This document shows, in pieces, positions 8,222 through 16,385 of a DNA stretch of 20,000 bases; position 1 is the stretch's first letter, and each line of letters starts with the position of its first letter. Below the pieces are notes generated by a model, which ran no database searches, was not told where the DNA came from, and worked only from the letters and a program-made list of their open reading frames with translations. The DNA is from an uncultured virus (IMG/VR IMGVR_UViG_3300001589_000005) (taxonomy: Duplodnaviria > Heunggongvirae > Uroviricota > Caudoviricetes). The stretch covers positions 51,897 through 71,896 of the IMG/VR virus record IMGVR_UViG_3300001589_000005, one strand, 5' to 3'. The position numbers and the translations under genes are program-made.

Positions 8222-8766
8222 TATCACATCATAATCATGAATTAAGAGAAAATATAATTAAAGATATCAATAAAGTAAATCCTAATTTAGTCATTGATGT
8301 AGGATGTGGTAGTTATTGGAGTAAATCAAGAATACAGAATGTGGTAGGATTTGATCAAATAAATCCTAAAAAAATAGCTAGAAGGGATGGAAAACAAGAT
8401 CATAAACATATGTTCTTTAAATTTAGTGAACCAGATTATATCTGCTCAATAAAAGAGGCAAAGTTTGAGCCAGAATGTGCAGATGTTGTAATGTGTTTAG
8501 GTAGTATGAATCTTTCTTTAGACGAGTTCTCATTTAATCGTAGATGGACAAATGTAGATATATTATCAGACTTTAATATTGTATATAAATGGTCAAGAAA
8601 ATATATAGTTATGAGAACGAGATGGGAACTAGATTTTATAGAGGAAGTTGCAAACCTATATAATTTAAAGTTAGTAGGTGAAATAAAAAAATTTAAAACT
8701 GAACATGAAAATCAGTTGAACTATAAAGAAAAATATAGTTATTACTGGTGGTGGATGAAAAAGTGA
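8212..8766 (+). CDS. Class I SAM-dependent methyltransferase-like protein
   Basis: Motif I VIDVGCG, VVGFD (motif II) and ADVVMCLGSMN. The probable start is ATG 8212, overlapping the oxygenase 3' end. Confidence 0.75.
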   Translation: MEIVSHHNHELRENIIKDINKVNPNLVIDVGCGSYWSKSRIQNVVGFDQINPKKIARRDGKQDHKHMFFKFSEPDYICSIKEAKFEPECADVVMCLGSMNLSLDEFSFNRRWTNVDILSDFNIVYKWSRKYIVMRTRWELDFIEEVANLYNLKLVGEIKKFKTEHENQLNYKEKYSYYWWWMKK

Positions 8767-10211
8767 AACTAATCAAAAAAAATGAAGTGTTTATGACGGT
8801 TAGTGATGTTGATGAAGATGTTGAACACAACCTCAAAGACTATTTTACTTTTGAAGTGCCAGGCGCCAAATATATGCCCCACTACCGAAGGCGTTTATGG
8901 GATGGAAAGATAAGGTTATATGAACTAAGAACAAGTTCATTATATACTGGCTTGATGGCCTATGTCAAGCGTTTTTGTAAAGATAATAATATTAATTTAG
9001 AAACGGAAGGATTCGACAATGAGCGGAATGTTATTCGTGGAGATGTGGAGACATTCGCCTCCTCAATACTTCCCACAAAAATTAAAATGCGAGACTATCA
9101 AATTGATGCTATCCAACATGCTATATCAAAAAATAGGTGTTTTCTTGTATCTCCTACTGCTTCAGGCAAGTCACTCATAATTTATATCTTAACTAGATAT
9201 TATCAATTATTACAAGAAAAGAAGATATTAATTATAGTTCCAACTACATCTTTAGTAGAACAGATGTATGGAGATTTTATTTCTTATGGAATGGATAGAA
9301 AAAAACTTCACAAGATATATTCTGGACATGATAAAGACACAGAGTTACCTATAGTTATTTCAACTTGGCAGTCAATTTACAAGATGCCTAGAACCTATTT
9401 TAATCAATTTGGTTGTGTGATAGGAGATGAGGCTCACTTGTTTAAATCTAAAAGTCTTACTAAGATTATGACTTTTCTTACAGAATGTAAATATAGATTT
9501 GGATTTACTGGAACTTTGGATGGTATGGAAACTCATCAATTAATCTTAGAGGGATTATTTGGCACAGTTCAAAAAGTAACTACCACAAAACAATTAATAG
9601 ATAAAGGAACACTATCACAACTAAATATTAACTGCATAGTTTTAAAGCATGATAAAGAAGAGTGTAAAAGAGTTAAAAAATACGATTATCAAGAAGAAAT
9701 GAATTACATTGTTTCACATGCTAAACGAAACAATTTTATCAAAAAGTTGGGGGAAACTGTAAAGGGTAACACATTAATCCTTTTTCAACTTGTAGAGAAA
9801 CATGGTAAACCACTCTATGATATGATAAAGGATTTAAATAAGAAGGTATTTTTTGTTTACGGTAATACAGAAACTAAAACTAGAGAAGAGATACGAGGAA
9901 TTGTTGAAAATGAAAAAAACGCAATCATTATTGCTTCTTATGGTACATTTTCTACGGGCATCAATATTCGCAATCTTCACAACATCGTGTTCGCATCACC
10001 ATCTAAAAGTAGGGTACGAGTGCTCCAATCAATTGGCCGTGGATTGCGTAAGGGCGATAATAAAGATTCCGTTTTAATCTTTGATATTGCAGATGATATA
10101 TCATATCTAAGTAGACAGAATTTCACATACAGACATTTCCAACAGAGACTAAATATATACAAGACAGAAGAATTAAACTATAAGGTAGAAAAGGTAAAAT
10201 TATATGAGTAA
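8763..10211 (+). CDS. uvsW: SF2 DNA helicase UvsW
   Basis: Motifs WDGKIRL, RDYQ, SPTASGKS, DEAH, GFTGT, STGINIRNLHN and QSIGRGLR. A GTG start at 8763 (GTGA overlap) is likely; 8748 is the alternative. Confidence 0.96.
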   Translation: MKLIKKNEVFMTVSDVDEDVEHNLKDYFTFEVPGAKYMPHYRRRLWDGKIRLYELRTSSLYTGLMAYVKRFCKDNNINLETEGFDNERNVIRGDVETFASSILPTKIKMRDYQIDAIQHAISKNRCFLVSPTASGKSLIIYILTRYYQLLQEKKILIIVPTTSLVEQMYGDFISYGMDRKKLHKIYSGHDKDTELPIVISTWQSIYKMPRTYFNQFGCVIGDEAHLFKSKSLTKIMTFLTECKYRFGFTGTLDGMETHQLILEGLFGTVQKVTTTKQLIDKGTLSQLNINCIVLKHDKEECKRVKKYDYQEEMNYIVSHAKRNNFIKKLGETVKGNTLILFQLVEKHGKPLYDMIKDLNKKVFFVYGNTETKTREEIRGIVENEKNAIIIASYGTFSTGINIRNLHNIVFASPSKSRVRVLQSIGRGLRKGDNKDSVLIFDIADDISYLSRQNFTYRHFQQRLNIYKTEELNYKVEKVKLYE

Positions 10212-10641
10212 TGAAAAATATCATGTTTTCAAATTAAATAATGGTGAAGATGTAATCTGTAAGTTAATTAAAGCTACCGATGAACATTATGAGATTTCTG
10301 ACCCTATGAAAATGGATTTGTTTTCCAAACACGGCCCAAAAGGGTTTATGGAAACTTTAGGATTATCTAGATGGTTACAACCATTCACAGATGAAACTGT
10401 ACATAAAATTCCAAGTGATTCTGTTACGTTAAGAATAGATGCTTCAATCGGACTAGGTAGATATTACGAATATGTTGTTGCAAAAATGGACAATATGAAA
10501 TCAGAGGATTGGGGTAAATTACCCTCACCAGAACAACTATTAGCAGATGAAATGCCATCAGACGCTTTTGATGAGTATGACAGCACAGAAGAGTGGCAAG
10601 ATTTATACGGCGATTTACTACGAAAAAAGACAATTCATTAA
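10204..10641 (+). CDS. Conserved T4-like hypothetical protein (Sm-like fold candidate) between uvsW and gp55
   Basis: N-terminal FKLNNGEDVIC, a W.PF motif, an acidic tail ending KKTIH, and the usual position downstream of uvsW. Confidence 0.75.
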   Translation: MSNEKYHVFKLNNGEDVICKLIKATDEHYEISDPMKMDLFSKHGPKGFMETLGLSRWLQPFTDETVHKIPSDSVTLRIDASIGLGRYYEYVVAKMDNMKSEDWGKLPSPEQLLADEMPSDAFDEYDSTEEWQDLYGDLLRKKTIH

Positions 10642-10652
10642 CAAAATAAAAC

Positions 10653-10681
10653 TTGACAATAGCCCCAAATTGATGTAGTAT
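10653..10681 (+). promoter_or_regulatory. Sigma70-like early/middle promoter upstream of gp55
   Basis: TTGACA (10653-10658), a 17-bp spacer and TAGTAT (10676-10681), with an A-rich upstream tract. Confidence 0.75.
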
Positions 10682-10708
10682 AAGACCTAACTACAAGGAT
10701 ATATTAGG

Positions 10709-11257
10709 ATGATTAAAAAACAAAAACCACACTATGTAGATAATAAGAAGTTTCTTCAAGCGATGAAGGAATATAAACAACTATGTATAGAGATGGAAGA
10801 AACAGATGATAAACCACCTATATCTAATTATATTGGTTCGTGCTTTTTAAAGATAGCACAAGGGTTGTCTTATCGTCCTAACTTTATAAATTATACATAC
10901 AAAGATGAAATGGTTGCAGACGGTATTGAAAATTGTTTACAATATTTACACAACTTCAATCCAGAGAAATCCAATAATCCCTTTGCATATTTTACACAAA
11001 TTATATACTATGCATTTCTTAGACGAATTGCAAAAGAAAAGAAACAAACACATGTGAAACATCAACTTATTTCAAAACAAGAATATGTTCCTTTTGATAC
11101 AATTGATGGTGATACTTCAAAGTACAGTGTCGTAGGATTTGATCCAAATGTAATGGTGCCAGATGAAGCAGTATATAAACCAAAAAAGAAAAAAGAAGAA
11201 ACAGAGAGTAAAAGAGTTGGATTAGAAAATTTTATGGATGAAGAGGATATAAAATGA
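10709..11257 (+). CDS. gp55: Late-transcription sigma factor
   Basis: Motifs HYVDNKKF, LSYRPNFINYTY.DEMVADGIENC and NPFAYFTQIIYYAFLRRI.KEKKQ. Confidence 0.96.
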   Translation: MIKKQKPHYVDNKKFLQAMKEYKQLCIEMEETDDKPPISNYIGSCFLKIAQGLSYRPNFINYTYKDEMVADGIENCLQYLHNFNPEKSNNPFAYFTQIIYYAFLRRIAKEKKQTHVKHQLISKQEYVPFDTIDGDTSKYSVVGFDPNVMVPDEAVYKPKKKKEETESKRVGLENFMDEEDIK

Positions 11258-11424
11258 AATGTTGGTTTTGTCACACAGAATTAATATGGGGTGGTGATCA
11301 TGATGTTGACGATGAGTTAAATGAAGAAGAGTTTGACATGGAAACGAATTTAACATGTCCAAACTGCGAAGCCTTTGTGTTAGTTTATCGTAAAAAAGAA
11401 ATACAAGGAAGATTTAACGTATGA
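11254..11424 (+). CDS. Small Zn-ribbon protein (56 aa), below the ORF-track cutoff
   Basis: MKCWFCHTELIWGGDHDVDDELNEEEFDMETNLTCPNCEAFVLVYRKKEIQGRFNV has two CxxC pairs, a GAGG RBS and ATGA overlaps with both gp55 and gp47. Confidence 0.85.
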   Translation: MKCWFCHTELIWGGDHDVDDELNEEEFDMETNLTCPNCEAFVLVYRKKEIQGRFNV

Positions 11425-12482
11425 AAATTGCTTTAGTAACCGACACTCATTTTGGTGCTCGGAATGATAATATATTTTTTGACGATTACTTTTATAAGTT
11501 TTATGAAGGAATATTTTTTCCATATCTACAACAACATAATATAAAACACTGCATCCATCTCGGCGATGTGATGGATAGAAGGAAGTATATTTCCTATAGA
11601 ACTGCAAAAAACTTTAGAGAAAGATTTCTTTTACCTTTTAATGTCTTAGATATTAACTTACATATGTTAGTTGGTAATCACGATATCTATTTTAAAAATA
11701 CAAATGATGTAAACTCTTTGCAAGAACTTATAGGTACTAACTATAAAAACATTCGTATGTATGCAGAACCAGAAACCGTGGACTTTGGTGGTATGCCTAT
11801 TCTTATGTTACCTTGGATTAATCCATCAAATGAAATATATTCATTTGGTATGATTGATGAAACACCAGCAACGGTTTGTATGTCTCATTTAGAACTTAAA
11901 GGGTTTGAAATGCATGCTGGACATGTATCGGAAACTGGTTGGGAAAAGAAAGAGTTTCAAAAATTTGATACTGTATTTTCTGGTCACTTTCATAAGAAAT
12001 CAGATGATGGACAAGTGTTTTATTTGGGAACACCATATCAGATGACATGGAGTGATTATGGATGTCCAAAAGGGTTTCATATATTTGATACAGAAACTAG
12101 AGAATTGACTAGAATAGAAAATCCTCATCAAATATTTCAAAAGATATATTATGATGATTCTATGAAGAATTATGATAACCACGATTTTACACAATATGCA
12201 AACAAGTATGTAAAACTCATTGTTGTAAATAAAAAAGATTTATATACATTTGATAAGTTTACGGAGAAACTTTTAAAAGCAGATGCACATGAAGTAAAAA
12301 TTGTAGAAGATTTTTCAGAATTAAATGCTAACAATGTATCAGATGAAATTGTAGAAGGAACACAAGACACACTTACAATTTTAGATAGGTATGTAGATGA
12401 CTTATCAATTGACTTAAATAAAAAGAAACTAAAATACATTATGAAACAACTATACACAGAAGCACAAGACTTAGAAATATGA
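11421..12482 (+). CDS. gp47: Recombination endonuclease subunit (Mre11/SbcD-like)
   Basis: Metallophosphoesterase motifs TDTHFG, HLGD..D, GNHD and SGHFH. Confidence 0.95.
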   Translation: MKIALVTDTHFGARNDNIFFDDYFYKFYEGIFFPYLQQHNIKHCIHLGDVMDRRKYISYRTAKNFRERFLLPFNVLDINLHMLVGNHDIYFKNTNDVNSLQELIGTNYKNIRMYAEPETVDFGGMPILMLPWINPSNEIYSFGMIDETPATVCMSHLELKGFEMHAGHVSETGWEKKEFQKFDTVFSGHFHKKSDDGQVFYLGTPYQMTWSDYGCPKGFHIFDTETRELTRIENPHQIFQKIYYDDSMKNYDNHDFTQYANKYVKLIVVNKKDLYTFDKFTEKLLKADAHEVKIVEDFSELNANNVSDEIVEGTQDTLTILDRYVDDLSIDLNKKKLKYIMKQLYTEAQDLEI

Positions 12483-12492
12483 GAAGAATATT

Positions 12493-12951
12493 ATGAAAAT
12501 TTTGATTATGGGTTTACCCAATAGTGGAAAAACTTGGTTAGCAAATAGATTGGGAAAAGAGTTATCTGTTCCTACTTGGGATGCTGATGTAGTAAGAAAA
12601 ATATACAATGATTGGGATTTTTCTATTCAAGGAAGAGCCGTTCAAGCTGATAGGATGAGAACACTTGCAGAGTTAGATCCAGTAAGTATTAGTGCATTTA
12701 TTTGTCCACTACCAGCATTAAGAAATAACTTTAGACCAGATATATTGATCTGGATGGATACCGTACAAGCATCACCGTATAAAGATACTGATGCTCTGTT
12801 CAAACCACCTATTAAAATAGCAGACATAAGGATAACAAAATGGATAGCCGAAAACCAACTGTACAAATGCTTGGAAGGTTTCAGCCTTGGCACGATGGAC
12901 ACACAGAGCTTTTCAAAAGAGCTCATTCAAAGACTGGCCAAGTTGCAATAA
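12493..12951 (+). CDS. P-loop kinase, adenylylsulfate-kinase-like
   Basis: Walker A GLPNSGKT, DADVVR, DWDFS..GR..QA.RM, SAFICP and IWMDT. The last ~37 codons overlap the next ORF. Confidence 0.8.
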   Translation: MKILIMGLPNSGKTWLANRLGKELSVPTWDADVVRKIYNDWDFSIQGRAVQADRMRTLAELDPVSISAFICPLPALRNNFRPDILIWMDTVQASPYKDTDALFKPPIKIADIRITKWIAENQLYKCLEGFSLGTMDTQSFSKELIQRLAKLQ

Positions 12952-13172
12952 TGGTTCGTGATACTGGTGAAGGGTATCATGACAGCGTGGATGTAAAAAT
13001 TAAACTATCTAATGCTGGTTTCTTATATGATGTTGACTATATTATTATGGATGTTCCTAATATAGTGAATATTACATATGGAAGAGATGTTGGTTATAAG
13101 ATTGAACAAGAACATTTTGATGAAGAAATTGAAAGTATATCTGCAACAGAGATTAGGGGGATACCAGTTTGA
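12840..13172 (+). CDS. HIGH-superfamily (cytidyltransferase-like) nucleotidyltransferase
   Basis: Motifs MLGRFQPWHDGH (HxGH), PNIVNITYGRDVGY and ISATEIR. AAGGA RBS about 7 nt upstream of ATG 12840. Confidence 0.85.
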   Translation: MDSRKPTVQMLGRFQPWHDGHTELFKRAHSKTGQVAIMVRDTGEGYHDSVDVKIKLSNAGFLYDVDYIIMDVPNIVNITYGRDVGYKIEQEHFDEEIESISATEIRGIPV

Positions 13173-14875
13173 TTATATTTAAGAATGTGAAGTGGAAGAA
13201 TTTTTTATCAACTGGCAATACTAGTACAAGTATTGATTTAGACAGAAACCCACAAACACTTATTGTTGGAGATAACGGTGCTGGTAAGTCTACAATACTA
13301 GATGCACTATGTTTTGGTTTGTTTGGTAAACCATTTAGAGTGATTAGTAAAAATCAATTGATTAATTCTATTAATGGTAGTGGTACAGAAGTAGAAGTTA
13401 CATTTCAAATCGGAACAAAAAACTACAAAGTATTTAGAAGTATCAAACCAAATAAGTTTGAAATCTATTGTGATGATGTAATGGTGAATCAAGAAGCGCA
13501 TGCTAGAGATTATCAAAAGATACTAGAACAACAAATTCTAAAACTAAACTATGGTTCTTTCACACAAGTGGTAATACTTGGTAGTGCATCATGGGCTCCG
13601 TTTATGCAACTTAAAGCAATGAAAAGAAGAGAAGTTGTTGAAGAGATATTAGATATAAAAATCTTTTCAATGATGAATATGATTGTAAAAACACACATAA
13701 AGAATATTGTAGATGAAACTAGAGAAGTTTCACATAAGTTTGAGGTTACACAAACAGAATTTGATTTATCTAGTAAGTATATCAATGAAAGTAAAAGTGA
13801 AAAAGCAAAACTAAGAACTGATAAGAAAAGACAGATAGAACAAAATAAAAAAGAAATAGGTAGAAGAGAGAATGAAATTGATGAATTAAAATCTAAAAAA
13901 GAAGAATATCTAGGGCAGATTTTGGATGCAAATAAAGTAGAACAAAAAATACAGAAGATGTTGGGTATTCGTGCTACTCTAGTAGAGAAACATAAAAGTC
14001 ATAGTAAATCAGTTGATTTTTTTAAAGACAATGAAACATGTCCGACATGTGATCAAGAAATCGCTCAAACATTTAAAGATGAAATCCTCTCTACTAAACA
14101 AGGAGAACTTGACGAACTAGAAGATGGTATGAAACAACTCAAACAAGAGATGGAAAATACTCAAAAAAGACAAGAAGAGATAGAAACTAATACTCAAAAT
14201 ATTAGAGAGTTAGATGTGAAAATATCTTCTATAGGGTATTCTAAATCAGAGTTGGAAAAGTTTAATGTTAAACTAGAAACAGAACTAACACAGTTAGATA
14301 GTAACGAAAAGTCAGCAGATGAAACTAACTTAGACGGTTTACAAACTAAATTAGATGAGTTAGATAAACAACAATCATCTTTAAAAGATGAACAACAATA
14401 TAATGAAGCTGCAAAAGCAATGTTACAAGATACTGGAATCAAGACTAAGATTATTAAACAGTATCTTCCTATCATGAATAAACTAATTAATGCTTACTTA
14501 CAATCTATGGAATTTTATGTAAACTTTAATTTAGATGAAAACTTTAATGAAACTATTAAGTCTAGATTCCGTGATGATTTTAATTATGCTTCATTTAGTG
14601 AGGGTGAGAAAATGCGAATAGACCTCGCATTACTATTTACTTGGCGTGCAATTGCAAAAATGAAAAACTCTACGAATACTAATCTATTAATACTTGATGA
14701 AATATTTGATAGTTCACTAGATGGAACTGGAACAGAAGAGTTCTTAAAAATACTGGGAACTTTAGAAAATGAAAACATATTTGTTATATCACATAAGGGT
14801 GACCAATTAACAGACAAATTTAGAAACTCAATAAGATTTGAGAAGATAAGAAACTTTAGTCATGTTGCTGCTTAA
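13169..14875 (+). CDS. gp46: Recombination endonuclease ATPase subunit (Rad50/SbcC-like)
   Basis: Walker A GDNGAGKST, coiled coil with a CPTC Zn hook, signature FSEGEKMRIDLALLF, Walker B LILDEIFDSSLD and VISH. TTG start. Confidence 0.96.
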   Translation: MIIFKNVKWKNFLSTGNTSTSIDLDRNPQTLIVGDNGAGKSTILDALCFGLFGKPFRVISKNQLINSINGSGTEVEVTFQIGTKNYKVFRSIKPNKFEIYCDDVMVNQEAHARDYQKILEQQILKLNYGSFTQVVILGSASWAPFMQLKAMKRREVVEEILDIKIFSMMNMIVKTHIKNIVDETREVSHKFEVTQTEFDLSSKYINESKSEKAKLRTDKKRQIEQNKKEIGRRENEIDELKSKKEEYLGQILDANKVEQKIQKMLGIRATLVEKHKSHSKSVDFFKDNETCPTCDQEIAQTFKDEILSTKQGELDELEDGMKQLKQEMENTQKRQEEIETNTQNIRELDVKISSIGYSKSELEKFNVKLETELTQLDSNEKSADETNLDGLQTKLDELDKQQSSLKDEQQYNEAAKAMLQDTGIKTKIIKQYLPIMNKLINAYLQSMEFYVNFNLDENFNETIKSRFRDDFNYASFSEGEKMRIDLALLFTWRAIAKMKNSTNTNLLILDEIFDSSLDGTGTEEFLKILGTLENENIFVISHKGDQLTDKFRNSIRFEKIRNFSHVAA

Positions 14876-15408
14876 TGGGTAAGAGGAGTGATTTTGAAAG
14901 AGTCGAGAGGGATTTTTATCCTACACCTTGGCAAGCAGTAGAACCTCTTGTTCCACATTTACCAGAGGAGTTTGCATTTGCTGAACCTTGTGCTGGTGAT
15001 GGTGCATTGGTAAATCATATTGAAACTTTGATGGAAGGTGGTTGGTGTTCATGGGCATCAGATATTGAACCACAGAAAAAAAGTATTATTAATAAACACT
15101 TTAGAGATTTGGGTGAACATGAGTTTTTAGAAGCTGATTATATCATTACAAATCCGCCTTGGGATAGAAAACTATTACATCCTATGATTGAATACTTTAC
15201 TGCATTTAGACCTACATGGTTATTGTTTGATGCTGATTGGATACATACTAAACAGAGTGTTCAATATCTACCACTTTTAAAAAAGATAGTAAGTATTGGT
15301 AGAGTGCAATGGATACCAGACAGTAATTCCACAGGCAAAGATAATTGTTGTTGGTATTTGTTTAGTAAGGGTGATTCACAACTAATTCAATTTGTGGGGA
15401 GAAAATAA
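14875..15408 (+). CDS. Compact amino-type (N6-adenine/N4-cytosine) DNA methyltransferase
   Basis: DFYPTP (motif X), EPCAGDG (motif I) and IITNPPW (motif IV). TAATG-coupled to gp46. Confidence 0.8.
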   Translation: MGKRSDFERVERDFYPTPWQAVEPLVPHLPEEFAFAEPCAGDGALVNHIETLMEGGWCSWASDIEPQKKSIINKHFRDLGEHEFLEADYIITNPPWDRKLLHPMIEYFTAFRPTWLLFDADWIHTKQSVQYLPLLKKIVSIGRVQWIPDSNSTGKDNCCWYLFSKGDSQLIQFVGRK

Positions 15409-16271
15409 TGGGGAAAAAAGTTTTAGTCTGTATTGGTGATAGCTGGACAGATGATAATTTTAACAGTTCTGTTTATCCAGATATGGATACTAATTGGCCT
15501 AAATGGCCAAAACATCTTGCTGATATGTTAGATATGGAAGTCTTAAATCTAGGTACATGTGGGTCTGGTAATCAACAGATATTCAATAAAACTGTAGATG
15601 CCACAAATTATGCTGATAATATTGGTGGTGTGGTTTGTATGTGGAGCGAACCAGATAGAATTGATTTTGAAGTTCATGACCCCAAAAAACAGTGGAATGG
15701 ATATAATACTATAACAAACAGCGCTTTTCTTCATTGGAGTCCTAGACGCTCAGTAGGATTAAAAAGACAGACTCATCAACCATTATTGGGGATTGATGAA
15801 ATCTCTACAGCGGTTCGTAGATGGAATCAAAATCACACAATGGTCTCAAATACAAAATTTGATCCTCTTGCAGAGCAAGTATTAGATTTAGGTATATGGC
15901 AAATGGAAACATCGTGGAGACAGAGTCTACGATACTGGTATTCAGTTCAAAGTATTTGCGAAAATGAAAAAATACCATATTTACAGATAGTAGGAACGAA
16001 TCCATTTTTTACTTGGTTAGAGGAACAAGATTATAAGGTAGAAAGAAGAAAAGTAATAGATCATTTAATGACTACAGATTATATGCTTTCTATAAATAAT
16101 GATACATTTGTCGGTTGGCCTATATTTGGAGATATTGGTGGAGATACAGCATCATCAATAATTCACCATGAAAAGTATAGAATGGGAGTAAATGATTCGC
16201 ATCCAAACGAATCAGGCCACAGATATCTGGCAGAATACCTATATAAAGAGTGGAACACCAACTGGGCGTGA
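15408..16271 (+). CDS. SGNH/GDSL hydrolase-like protein
   Basis: Block I CIGDSWT, NLGTCGSGN, and C-terminal DSHPNESGH (DxH). Confidence 0.75.
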   Translation: MGKKVLVCIGDSWTDDNFNSSVYPDMDTNWPKWPKHLADMLDMEVLNLGTCGSGNQQIFNKTVDATNYADNIGGVVCMWSEPDRIDFEVHDPKKQWNGYNTITNSAFLHWSPRRSVGLKRQTHQPLLGIDEISTAVRRWNQNHTMVSNTKFDPLAEQVLDLGIWQMETSWRQSLRYWYSVQSICENEKIPYLQIVGTNPFFTWLEEQDYKVERRKVIDHLMTTDYMLSINNDTFVGWPIFGDIGGDTASSIIHHEKYRMGVNDSHPNESGHRYLAEYLYKEWNTNWA

Positions 16272-16274
16272 TAG

Positions 16275-16300
16275 TAAGCCACTGATTTTACAGCGTTTTT
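16275..16300 (+). repeat. 26-bp motif copy 1 (TAAGCCACTGATTTTACAGCGTTTTT)
   Basis: 21 of 26 positions identical to the reverse complement of 18645-18670. Confidence 0.7.
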
Positions 16301-16326
16301 TAATTCAAAAAAAGTGAAAAAAAGAC

Positions 16327-16355
16327 TTGACTTTGCCTCAAAAGTGTGTCAGCTT
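16327..16355 (+). promoter_or_regulatory. Sigma70-like early promoter for the CobT-like gene
   Basis: AAAAAAAGAC then TTGACT, a 17-bp spacer ending in TGTGT (extended -10 TGn), then a weak -10 CAGCTT. Architecture is shared with the promoter at 18680. Confidence 0.6.
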
Positions 16356-16385
16356 ATATATATGATGATGATTGAGAGGAAAACT

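Noticed and set aside
16314..16385. Track's longer N-terminus for the CobT-like ORF
   Set aside because: It overlaps the promoter. ATG 16386 has a good GAGGA RBS. Similar start over-extensions at 2107, 7661 and 8143 were also trimmed.
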